In this document: piece by piece, positions 40,257 to 52,672 of the stretch | Numbering within the stretch: position 1 is the stretch's first letter | Layout of the letters: every line of letters begins with the position of its first letter | Assembly (NCBI GenBank): GCA_964016885.1 | Contig: OZ024742.1 | Span: 91,822,001-91,886,000, forward strand | Direction: 5' to 3' | Length of the DNA: 64,000 bases | Source: Eledone cirrhosa | Lineage: Eukaryota | Translations under genes and position numbers: made by a program | Notes under the pieces: model-generated | Database searches by the model: none | What the model saw: only the letters and a program-made list of their open reading frames with translations | What the model was told of the DNA's origin: nothing

Positions 40257-40696
40257 CTATTCTCATGTAAGTTTCCAGGCAAAGCGAGGACACTGGAAAC
40301 TTATTAAAAAATAATTCAGTGGATAGGAAATAGCGAAGCGTGGACTGAATTCCAAGCCATTGAAAAAATCACTGCCTCTACGTCTGTGGCAAATTCAAAA
40401 AGAATCGAACACGTGACATCGAGGTCAATCAGTGGAAAGTGGTTTGCTAATAAGACAGCGGCCTGCCTACAACCGTAGCAGCAGTCATGGCCAATATTGC
40501 TCGACAAATAATTTGGAGATAATAATAAAGAATTCATATCTAGTAACATATATATACATACAGATGCATATCAATGCTAGCAAATATATAGGTTTTGTCT
40601 TAATAACAGTGTGGTTCAATGCATGGGGTTGCAGAACAATAATATAAGAGACGTAAAATAAGAAAATTATAAAATTAACTTACTTACTAAAATATC

Positions 40697-40779
40697 ACTT
40701 CCAACTAATTAGTTTCTGGAATGGAGTAAATATATTTTCCGAAGAATAATATGGAGAAGCATTCCGCCGTCAGGAAATT
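40697..40779 (-). ncRNA. Type I hammerhead motif, copy 2 (core mutated)
   Basis: As copy 1 but CTGACGG and a stem I substitution. Confidence 0.6.
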
Positions 40780-41025
40780 CTATTCTCATGTAAGTTTCCA
40801 GGCAAAGCGAGGACACTGGAAACTTATTAAAAAATAATTCAGTGGATAGGAAATAGCGAAGCGTGGACTGAATTCCAAGCCATTGAGAAAATCACTGCCT
40901 CTACGTCTGTGGCAAATTCAATGGCTTGGAATTTTAGTCCACGCTTCGCTATTTCCTATCCACTGAATTATTTTTTAATAAGTTTCCAGTGTCCTCGCTT
41001 TGCCTGGAAACTTACATGAGAATAG

Positions 41026-41108
41026 ACTTTCCTGACGACGGAATGCTTCTCTGTATTATTCTTCGGAAAATATATTTACTCCATTCCAGAAACTAATTAG
41101 TTGGAAGT
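41026..41108 (+). ncRNA. Type I hammerhead motif, copy 3 (inverted arm)
   Basis: Same as copy 1; core 41032-41038, GUU site 41100-41102. Confidence 0.75.
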
Positions 41109-41277
41109 GATATTTTAGTAAGTAAGTTAATTTTATAATTTTCTTATTTTACGTCTCTTATATTATTGTTCTGCAACTCCATGCATTGAACCACACTGTT
41201 ATTAAGACAAAACCTATATATCTGCTAGCATTGATATGCATCTGGATGTATATATATGTTACTAGATATGAATTCTT

Positions 41278-41323
<46 letters not shown>

Positions 41324-41499
41324 ATATATATATATATGTGTATGTATATATATATATACATACGCATGTGCAAAGAGAAAGGAAGTGGGAAAAGTGACTA
41401 ACTATAGAAGATAAATAGATAAATTGTTATAAACATTGCCTTTGTAAGAATATATATATTTGTGCGTAGACATTTTATGGGTGTCTGTGTATGGGCGCC

Positions 41500-42312
41500 T
41501 ACATAACTCAATTGTTGCGTTTATACAATAAAAACGTGGGTAAATTTGGCGTAAATAAGTATGTATCTAGATAACTGGGTGGGAATACTCTGTAAATATG
41601 TGTGTGAATGTTTCGTAAGTATGTGTACATTCACGTGCTTGTGTGTATAGGAACGGTGATTATATAATTTGACTTTTCACAATAACATCAGTGCTGTGAC
41701 TGTGATTTTCCTGTGGTCGTTTTGGAGGATATATTACTTCAAGTAGATATGTCACGGATAGAGAAAAAACAAATTTATGTTCATATTGTAACAAATAAAT
41801 GTATACAAATACATCCCTAGTTTCTTATCACACTTCAATGAGCGGATTATCTATTCAAACAAATTGGCTGATTTCTCTGTTTTGCAGACGATATTAAACT
41901 AAATTAGTATCGTAAGAAGAAATATGTGGCTGTCATTGCACGCTATAATATTTCCTTGGTCAGTTCAGATAAAATATTCACTAATATTAGTATGTTTCTC
42001 GATCTGTGAGTCTTTCTACACATTCATGAATCCACTCGGTAGTCCATACATCTACCCTCAATACTATTGATCTACCTATCCTTCTGCTCTCCCTCATTAT
42101 CTTTTTGCCTGCTTTTCGTTTAAATTATTTGACTTCAACCATGTTGTCTTCCCTCCCAACGGCTTAATCGATCGTATGGAAATCCAGTCTATATTTCAAT
42201 CTGGTGCATATTTTAACGAAAGGCTCAGTTAACTTTTTACATAAAAAGTTGAAACTCGGCACATCGCTTCACACCAGCATTAACTAACACACACACACAC
42301 ACACACACACAG

Positions 42313-42368
<56 letters not shown>

Positions 42369-43322
42369 GCATACATACAGACACACACATACACACACGT
42401 ATATTTATGTGTGGGCGTTCATCTGTGAATGAAATGAGGTAAATTTTGTGTGCGTGTGTCAGTGTAGAAACGTCTAAACACTTGAATTCCTTTGTGAGAG
42501 CAATAAAAACGTAGCTAAATGTGGCGTAAATAACTATATGTGAATATTACTGAGCGTAAGTCTATAATCATGTATGTACATATGTTTGTGACAGTGATTT
42601 TGTGTGTTGCAAATGATATGCCAAAGAATGTGTACGTTCACGTGCTTATGTGTATTGTGGCAGTGATTATATCATTTGTCTTTTCACAACGAAGCCAGTG
42701 CTGCGACATTCTGTTCTTTATGTAGTCCTCTTGGGGATTATATTAATTCAAATAGAGATGTCACGGATAGTGAAAACACAAATTTATGTTCATATTGTAA
42801 CAAATAAAACTATAAAAGTAACAATATATACTCTGTCCCTCATCACACGCCAATGAGCAGATTAACAATTCAAACAAAATCGAGAATCTCTCAGTATTGC
42901 AGAAAACATTAAACTAAAACTAGTATTATCGTAATAAGTAATGTGTCTCTCTCATTCCACGTTCAGATAAAATATTCACTGTATTATTAAGATGTTTTCT
43001 GATACAATTGATCTGTGTTTTTATATTCATTTATGTGTCGAAGTCAACCGTAAACCTACCCTTGGCTTATTGCCTGGCTCTCTTTCATTCTCTTTTTCTC
43101 TTTATCAATCTCTCCCCACCCTCTCTCTCTGTATACATATATACACTCACACACACACGTGTGTGTAAATGTATATCTAGCTATCTCTCCAGTAATGCTG
43201 CTTGGTCCATATATTAATGTTTCAAAGGTTTTAGCCTGTCATATCGAATTCCAGTGTTTATTTCACCTGCTACTTATTTTATCAATATCTTTTTATCAAA
43301 TTGTAAGTTAACTTTTTACATG
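41500..43322. repeat. Old diverged tandem duplication (~1-kb period)
   Basis: Collinear shared blocks: caataaaaacgt (41526/42501), ttcacgtgctt, tgtcacggatag..caaatttatgttcatattgtaacaaataaa, cagataaaatattcact, ttaactttttacat. Confidence 0.8.
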
Positions 43323-43461
43323 CAACTCAACTAATTGCTTTACAGTGATATTTATACTGTCACACATTCGTACACGTGCATATATGTGTGTATGGATGTA
43401 TATAAGTAAATAAAACCTTTCTGATCCAATCAGTTCACAAACACTCAGCAAACACCTAAAC

Positions 43462-43670
43462 CAAGCATGACACACATGCGGCACGCGGCCCTTTACAAGC
43501 ACATCTGCGGCCCGCACAATTGTTTTTACAGCGTGAGCATGTTTTATCTTCGTAATATAAACTAAAAAAACATTAGTTGTAATGTGCGCAATTAGGTGTC
43601 GTGTGTGACCCTCAGACAACACATATGTGACCCATGTGGCTTTCGGAGGACCCTCAGTTTGACAGGCTTA
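43462..43670. mobile_element. hAT (Charlie-like) MITE
   Basis: Degenerate TIRs caagcatgaca/tgacaggctta, subterminal tgcggccc motifs, 8-bp TSD acctaaac/ccctaaac. Confidence 0.55.
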
Positions 43671-44422
43671 CCCTAAACCGAACGCCTGGCTCTACACATA
43701 ATTCCTGTCAAATCAAACCGTACTCACCCTCGAAATCAAAATTTGGCAGATCAAACGCGGACCACACATCTTCCCAAACACGGCATATAATTGAGTTTTT
43801 TAAAACGAGAATTCTGAGTAGCAACTCACATGCCTTCAGATTTGAATAAATATATGCAATTATACATAGATCTTGTCGAAAGTTACGCCTACACATTCAT
43901 AGATTCTATAAGTGTCTGTGTGTATACAGACCCAGACATAGGTGAATGGTGAAGCAGTTCATTTCGCTATTATTAGCTTCGATCCTACTGAGACATGTAG
44001 AACAATGAATTCTACCTTAAGCTCAGAGTGATGTAAATCTTGTGTGTGAAGGTAAGTAGACGGAAACTGAAATTTCACTGCAGGGATTACATATGTAATT
44101 GAAAAGTGCAGCTCTGTGGCCTTGAGTCGTAGTGATTTGGCCTGACAATTACGCTAAGGGTGCATATCTCCGTAGAATGCTCAACCACATACACACTTTA
44201 ATACATAACACACACACGCGCCTATGTGAATGTATGTATATATATATATATATATATATATGATTAAATGTTACTTAGTCTCTAATACTTAAACATCTCA
44301 ATGACAGAAAACTCTCAGAGAAGCAATATTAAAATTAAGAGAGAAAAAATCTCTTATTATGGGAGTACAAACAAGATAGACAAAAAAAAAAAGAAATATT
44401 CTAACATCGCTTATATATAGAT

Positions 44423-44503
44423 CTCCCTACCATGGTTTCGTATGGGGAAGAATTCTTATTAGAACCACCAGTAATTGAAAAATCCACATACTCTTCAGGT
44501 GAG
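44423..44503 (-). ncRNA. Type I hammerhead motif
   Basis: ctcac-CTGAAGA-gtatgtgga..tccccatac-GAAA-ccatgg-TA-gggag; canonical G10.1-C11.1, palindromic stem III, GUA site. Confidence 0.82.
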
Positions 44504-44899
44504 TTTAATTCTTCAAGAACTAAGAGAAATTGATTAAGATATAATACTCTCTGTTTCCTTTGCCGAAGCAGCGTGGAATAAAAACACTCGTATGGTTTCG
44601 TTATCAAAATCACCTAGCATATTAGAGAGAGAGAGAGAGAGAGGGGGGGGGGGGGGAGTATAGAAATGATTTATACAGAGCAAGAACTGTTTTATTCGTA
44701 CGAAATCATCAGGAAAGGTCATTCCTAGGGACTTTATACGAATGGAACAGTACTAGTCCTGTAGAAATAATTTCTATATAAAATAAAGGTGCTTATACGC
44801 TTTTGATTACCTTTAATTGTGGTTACATCCTGATTCCCTTCGGGAATTTACTTATTATATATATATATACTGTCAACAATACAACCAGATTTTCAATTG

Positions 44900-45130
44900 A
44901 ACTACAGGTCTCTCGAGTAATGTTACTCAATAGGATACATATCTCAGAGATCAGGGAGTCACTCCAGATAGAGCCGCTACTTTTCCACAGCGAAAGTTCA
45001 CAGCTACGGTACTACATGTGGTTATAATTTTTAAGGAAAGAACCGCAGGATCGATTTTAATGGCATAGCCATCCGACCGGAGACCACAAGCAAGATGGTT
45101 GGATAAAATCCTAAACCTTGGTTTCTCTTG
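44900..45130 (+). mobile_element. RTE-clade LINE 3' remnant
   Basis: SEIRESLQIEPLLFHSESSQLRYY and RPQARWLDKI resemble the RTE/Rex3 C-terminal motifs. Confidence 0.55.
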
Positions 45131-46199
45131 CTTTGACTTGGAAAGCGTATTTGAGGATTTTGACACTACGATCTTCTCGGGGATAAGTGAGAGAAGAATA
45201 GCTATATTGCATTCAAGAGACTCTATCGGATAAGTATTTAGCATGTAGAAAATTTCCCTAAGAAGATTTTGCATTCGATTTTTAAAAATATCTCCATCGA
45301 AGTTTTTCAACTCGCTAATCACATTTGCGAGATTCGACTTAGTATAAAGACGTCTCTCTTAAAGTATTTTCCATCAGTTCAATTTTTTTTTTTTACATAT
45401 ACAAATTTGATTTAACTTAATATATGCAATCAACGCATACAGTAGTTATCAAATATTAAATTAAGCGCTTCTATGTTTAGGAAAACAATTAAAAGGATAT
45501 ATAGCTGAAAACAATGACATGAATTGTATTGTAGCTGATATTTAACCTTAAGTCAAATATGATAGATTAGACAAGATATTTGATCATACTGTCTATTTTT
45601 ATCTTTTTTTTATTTTTCAAGCAGTGGACTTTTTTTACCTTTTTTTCTTCTTTTTTTTCCCCCAAAAAACCTGTAATTTGACGCGGTCAGTTGGCAAGCC
45701 ATTAGGGCGTTGAATGAAAATATCTAATCATTTGTTTCTTTGTTCCGCCTCACTGCGCTGAGTTCATACCCAACCGAGATTAATTTAACCTTTTATACTT
45801 CCGAAATCAATAAAGTACGAGTCCAGTACTGGTGTCATATCTTCCCTCGATATTCTCTCTCTCTCTCTCTCTCTGAAGAAAAACAACAAATTGGTTGCGA
45901 TTAAGAATGGGTCAGGACGGGGCTCTTTGCGTTTACGTAATATGTAATTTAAAAGAATTTAGGTATTTTGCATAGGTATTGCGTCTTAACATGTTCGCTG
46001 AAATACGAGCGTGTAAAGCACTGTTTACAAAGTGGGTGTTACTCGCGTCCGTCGCAAAGGTGGAGGGGCACTGGAAGACGCTAATCCCCTCTTTTCAATG
46101 GGGCAACTTCATATTTATGATGATATCCTTATGCCTTATAATTATTGCGAATTTTTGCAGGCAATATTCTGAATCCATTTCCCCCAGCATGGACATGTA

Positions 46200-46229
46200 T
46201 AAATATACATATACATACATACACACACA

Positions 46230-46293
<64 letters not shown>

Positions 46294-46686
46294 CATACAC
46301 ATATATATATATATAAATACATATGAATATATATGTATATATGTGTATTATATGTATGTATAACTATATATATGTATATATATATATATGTGTGTATATA
46401 TATATGTGTATATGTGTATATATGTATATATGTGTATATATGTATATATATGTATATATATGTATATATATATATGTATATATATGTATATATATATGTA
46501 TATATATGTATATATATATATGTATAGATATATATATATGTATATATATGTATATATATGTATATATATGTATATATATGTATATATATGTATATATATG
46601 TATATATGTATATATATGTATATATATATGTATATATATATATATGTATATATATGTATATATATATATATATATGTATATATATG

Positions 46687-46726
<40 letters not shown>

Positions 46727-46920
46727 TATTTTTATATTTTCATTTATATATATATATGTATATACAGGAAAAGGTTCAGGACCCCGACGGCAGAGCTCAA
46801 GCCGTTTCGACGGCTATTTCTGGACATGTATGTATATATATATGTGTGTGTGTGTGCGTGTGTCTGTGTATGTGTGTGTGTGTGTATATGTGTGTGTGTA
46901 TGTATGTATATATATATATA
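46200..46920. repeat. (TA)n/(TATG)n compound microsatellite
   Basis: Direct reading; similar tracts at 150-400, 1025-1135, 2940-3310, 3415-3500, 9540-9890. Confidence 0.95.
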
Positions 46921-48358
46921 TAAGTGTTTTATTATCTACAGTTATATTAATAAGATTACTAATAAAAAATGTATACAATGAGGGAAATAGGAAAAAGGAA
47001 GTTTAAAATAATTACATAATAAAATGGGCAAATTTGGGTGTATGGGAAAGTAGAGGACAAGAATATAAATGCCATAAATGAGAGCAAAACTAGGTTAAAA
47101 GCAAGGACTCTTGGGCCACAGAAGAAAGGGTTGTGAAAGGGGAGAGGTGGTGAGATATGTGCCTAGGGTGAGGCGGTGTTGAGGTGCGCCCTGCATAATT
47201 TTAATCATGTTTACAGGGCAGAGGAGGTGTGATAAATTACACTCTCTAAAAAGGGTGATAGTTTGAAAATATCTGGGAAAATTTAGTGTAATGGATTTCG
47301 CGTTGGTACGTGTGTGTGTGTTTCAACATCTATCGGTTCCGGCGACGAGTGCTCAATTGTTTGACCTGCCCTTTCAATCACAGATACAAGTCATATTTTC
47401 CCCAGGTAAGTGGAATTTGGGCAACGTGAAATAAAATGCCTTGGTCAAAGACACAACGCATCACCAAGAATCAAGTTCACGACCTTAAGATGATGAACCA
47501 AACAATTTAACCACTAAACCACGAGCCTGCACGTGTGGTATACCTCTCAACCTTCTTTCTATTATAAAAACAACAACAAATAACCAGCAAAGAAACCAGT
47601 AGTGAATCACTGAAGAAGGATCGAGACATCTATAATTATTTAACTCACTCTTCACATCTCAGAAATGCCACCATTTACTTCTACTTCAGTCTCCATCAGG
47701 AAACAACTACAGTGTGAAATCAATCACCCATGTCAAACATGTCACACTTGCTCTTTTTTTTTATTTTTTCCGAGAAGTAACAGAAGACCATTCCTACCCC
47801 CCCCCCCCCCCCCATCTTTCCTCTTTGAACCTGTATCAGTTTCTCTCACTATTTCTCTCTCTCCACCCTATATCTCAATCTATTTCTTCTCTCTCATCTC
47901 TGATCTCCCTCTCCCTGATTCCCCCTCCCTCTCCATTGTCCCCCCTCTCTCCACTTTGTCCCCCTCTCTCCGCTTTGTCCCTCTCTTCTTTCTCCACCCT
48001 TTCTTTTTCTCTCTCACATTCCCCTCCTTCTCTCTCTACTATAACTCCCTTTTTTCCTCCACCCTGTCTCTTCCTCATCCTCTCACTATGTCTATACTCT
48101 CTATCTGTATCTCAGTCTCTGTCTTCTCCCTATCGTTCCCTATTTTTCCTCTCTCCCTATATGTTCCTTTTTTCTTATAAAAACCACACACTCCACATCA
48201 AGTGATACTTGAAGTGATGTGAGTTAATAATAAAGGCGTCTAACTAGCATGACACAGTCTGTTGAAGATTATTCTAGTATGTGATGTGTGTAATTGTTTG
48301 TATACACTTTACATGAGTGGAGAGATAAGCTTAAATTTGTGTCTGCATATGACTTGGC

Positions 48359-48485
<127 letters not shown>

Positions 48486-48624
48486 TATAAATGTAATCTG
48501 AGTTTTTCGAATGTTAATAATAACATTCGATTCGTTTGCAACCATGCAAACAAGCCTCATTTTTATAGCCATGTCAGTAGAATGAACTTTTCATTCTTGC
48601 TCTTGTGTTGGCATGTAAACAGAA

Positions 48625-48668
48625 CTGCAGACACTAATGTTTCTGGGTATCACCCTTCATCAGTACAG
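48625..48668 (-). ncRNA. Minimal type I hammerhead (left arm)
   Basis: ctgta-CTGATGA-a-gggt-gat-accc-a-GAAA-cattagtg-TC-tgcag; stem I extends gagctgta/tgcagttc. Confidence 0.82.
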
Positions 48669-48868
48669 CTCACTGTTCACCTGCCAACTCTCAGAGCTAG
48701 TGAAAATATATGCTATTTTCTAAAATATACAGTGACTGATCGGCCTGATTAGCAAACTAACTGATCAGCCAGTCTGCTAATATGCAAATCAGGCCGATCA
48801 GTCACTGTATATTTTAGAAAATAGCATATATTTTCACTAGCTCTGAGAGTTGGCAGGTGAACAGTGAG

Positions 48869-48912
48869 CTGTACTGATGAAGGGTGACACCCAGAAACAT
48901 TAGTGTCTGCAG
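48869..48912 (+). ncRNA. Minimal type I hammerhead (right arm)
   Basis: ctgta-CTGATGA-a-gggt-gac-accc-a-GAAA-cattagtg-TC-tgcag; GUC site 48905-48907. Confidence 0.82.
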
Positions 48913-49080
48913 TGCTGTTTACATGCCAACACAAGAGCAAGAATGAAGAGTTCATTCTACTGACATGGCTATAAAAATGGGGCTTGTTTGTATGGTTGCA
49001 AACGAATCGAATGTTATTATTAATATTCGAAAAACTCAGATTACATTAATTGTATTCAGCCATGTAGAGCGAAAAGTTTC

Positions 49081-49126
<46 letters not shown>

Positions 49127-49171
49127 GTTCTTTATATATATATATATAAAGAACATTTCACTCTACATGGC

Positions 49172-49207
<36 letters not shown>

Positions 49208-49947
49208 CATGCACAAACATAACTATAAATGTGTGCGGTTATATATATTTGCATGCTCACAACACATTCCCCATTGCAGCCATGTTGTTACAATATTCGC
49301 TTTCCAATAACAAGACCTGCGATCTAACCATACATTTGTCCTTGTCAATAATTATTTCTCCAACGTTACTCTGATATTCAACCATGGCATTTGTACATAC
49401 ATACTCAACGCTTAATTATATCCTAGAAATAATTCATTCGGATATAATTCTAATCTTTAATCGATTTCATGTATCAAGAATCAACATAAACTATGGACTT
49501 TCTTTTATGCAAATCATTAAGTCCCAGTTTGAGTGATTCTTCCTATATCGGGTAATCCTTATATATGTGGCATATCTATTCTGGACTCCAAACATTAAAT
49601 ATGTTCAACGCTGTTGCTATCATCATTGAAGTCACAGGTTCAGTATTATATATATAAATCAGGATGGATTCAGTTTGAAACTTGTTTGAACATTACTCAA
49701 CATAGTACTTGATAAATGGGGTAGTAGAGTATGGTTATATTATAAAGAGTTGGGTCCTCCACGTCTGAGTTCTTGCCGTGTCAACAGCTAGTTGCGTGTG
49801 CCTGTTTGTATGCAGTACGTACGCATCACTAGTTACCAACCCATATTATCCACTTTAACTATTTTTAAACCCTTATACTTTCCCGCCCTCTGTCACCAGA
49901 TCTGAACACTATCGACGATTTCTTCCAGAGAAAGAGAGATGGGGTAG

Positions 49948-49994
<47 letters not shown>

Positions 49995-52041
49995 GGGAGT
50001 ACGTGGGAAAGAGAGACATAGGAAGAATTGATCCTGGTACCCGTCTGCTCCTTCTTATTGATCTCGAAATTTGAACTCGACGGATTTGAGCTAATAGAGC
50101 CGGTATGAATACTCCCCTCGTCTGACCGTTTAGCAGTTCTCTTCTCACTTACAACTGCGACGTGTGTCTTTTCTCTCGAATACCGAATACTCGGTCTCGA
50201 ACTTAAGTTCTATTATCGAGTGGTCTTGGATTTCCTATCTATAGTTGCTCGCAGATTGCTCGATTTGTGGCTTTTGGGGGCTGTTTTGTTACTGTTTCTC
50301 TTTTCTTCCCCTTTGCTTTCCTTCCATCCTTCCTTCGTTTTCCCAATAACTTATCCAGTTATTGACGCCCTGGGGTGATGTGGTATCTTGTCTTTAAAGC
50401 GTAGAAATATCCTAGACCCCCAGTAGACAACTGATGAGGAAAACTCCCCCCACCGTTCTTGCTTTCTATATATATATATATATCTTTCGCGCTCCCTCTC
50501 TGAGAGAGTTCAAATGTATTTTTCGTGTATCTATAGACAAAATATAAAGGTGAAAACAAACTACACCTAATATCGAATGACCATCAGATCTACTGTTCAT
50601 GTTTGACTGAATAAGAATGTAGAGAATGTTGTGCATGTCAAGGACTCCTGACCCCTACAGGGTTCGGTTGTAAGTTTAATATCCGTGTCGTTACCCCCTA
50701 CTTGTATCCCTGCTACATGAAATAATGTCAAGGATATATGTTTATAGGTTTGATTTGTCCTCTAAGTGAAAATCTGTCAGATTTTGAAACCTTTCTTTTG
50801 ATCGAATTATATCTTCTGTTGGCTTACAAACATTCCTGATGTATGTATGGTGGTGGTGGTGGGGGGTATATTTTAATTGCGAATTTGTTCTTTGCTCTTC
50901 TTTTCACTCCATTCCCCCTCAGTCCTTTTTTTCTTTGGTATTTTTTCTTCATATTCTTTCTTTGTCGTTTTCTTTTCTTTTACATTTCCTTTTCTTTATC
51001 TTCATTTTTCTTTTTTTCTTCGTCTTCTTTGTCTTCATTTTTCTGTTGTTTTCCTCTATTCTTTTTCTTTTTTCCCTTTCATAATTATACGTGCTAATAA
51101 TATATTACACATGAAAACAGGCGGTGGGTTCGATGTATTGGTATGGCGTCAGATAAAATGCCCCATGCGGTATTAGTTCTGACACTTTACATTCTGAGCT
51201 CAAGTCCCACAAAGGTCAACTTTGCCTCTCCTATTTCTATCGATAAAGTACCAGTTAAGCAAGGTGTTGATATAATCAATTTTGCCCTTCCTCCAAACTT
51301 ACTGGCCTTGTGCCTAATTTATAAATCAATATATTACACATTAACAGATGGGGTTTATATGTCTTCTTCCAGCAGTTCTTCAAATTTTGCACCACTTTCT
51401 CCTCATATTCCAAATTGTCCGCTTAATTGACTTTATATCTAGTTTACTAGCTGACTGCTCATTAATTTATTTATCTAGATTTTATAAAAAGTGGATGAGC
51501 GCGATGAGCATAGCCCTAGTGAGTTTATTCTCAACATGCGTTGTATGCTGAATAATACCACTGGAAAAGAGTACGTATCATTAGTAGTCAGAACAACCCT
51601 AGTGCGTGTCTGTGAGCTTTTCTTGATTGGTCCTAGACGGTGGTCCTACTCTATGGAAATTCTATCACATATATTGTGTGTATACCACAATTTTATATTT
51701 ATTTCATTCATCCGGTATCTATGTAAAATCACACTTCTTGTAATATCTCTGTAATTATAAGTTTTCCCTCATTCGTCGACTTTTAAGGAATAACAGAAAC
51801 AATTATTAATAATTTTTGCTGTGTGAATTATCAGAACTTAGTCTCCAACAAAACATCTTGAGGTTTGTTAGGTACCATTAAGATCTGAGTTCAAATATCG
51901 CTGATGTCACTTTTCATCATTCCATTGTCTATAAAAACGCACAAGTCAAGTAGTGGACTTGACCCCTACCCCTATATTTCTGGCTATTGACATTGTTGTT
52001 AATTATAGTGTTCTATAGACACCTAGTGTGTTTTGAAATCA

Positions 52042-52672
52042 GACTATGATTCCTCGATAAAATCAATATGTACCAGGTTCAAATGCATACTTGGTTCCGG
52101 TGACTGAAACTAATACATGAATAAAAGAATATTTATGAAACGTTAACATAAAAACAATAAAATAAATCAAACATTACTTTCTTTTTAATCCTGAGTTAAC
52201 TTTATAATGACTTAAAAGTAACATCAAGCGTCGGTAGAAAACTCAGAATGTCGGACAAAATAATTGCAGTATTTAGTTCTGTCCGTTCATAGTCTGATTT
52301 TAAATCATACCAAGATTAACTTCGTCTTAATCCTTTCGGGGTCAACAAAATAAAGTACTAGTGAAATATTGACCCCGAAAAGATTAAGACGAAGTTAATC
52401 TTGGTATGATTTAAACTCAGACAATGAACAGGCAGAACTAAATACTGCAATTATTTTGTCCGACATTCTGAGTTTTCTACCGACGCTTGATATTACTTTT
52501 AAGTCATTATAAAATTAATTCAAGCTTAAAAAGAAAGTAATGTTTGATTTATTTTATTGTTTTTATGTTAACGTTTCATAAATATTCTTTTATTCATGTA
52601 TTAGTTTCAGTCACCGGAACCAAGTACGCATTTGAACCTGGTAGATATTGATTTTATTGAGGATGCATAGTC
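52042..52672. repeat. Fold-back inverted duplication including an old SINE
   Basis: Arms 52042-52345/52369-52672 (~304 bp), 23-bp loop, scattered mismatches. Confidence 0.92.

Larger units (their letters stand above)
40121..41283. mobile_element. Hammerhead-bearing element: partial tandem (523-bp period) plus inverted copy, in (TA)n
   Basis: Direct repeats 40121-40397/40644-40920; inverted arms 40522-40886/40918-41283. Confidence 0.88.
48490..49047. mobile_element. Fold-back element with one hammerhead per arm, in (TA)n
   Basis: 261-bp arms 48490-48750/48787-49047, 36-bp loop, a few mismatches; the right arm continues ~40 bp to (TA)n. Confidence 0.92.

Noticed and set aside
46766-46828. Short insert in microsatellite with gccgtttcgacggc hairpin
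   Set aside because: No CTGANGA core; too short to classify
50431-50460. CTGATGA-gga-aaac-tcc
   Set aside because: GAAA and stem III absent
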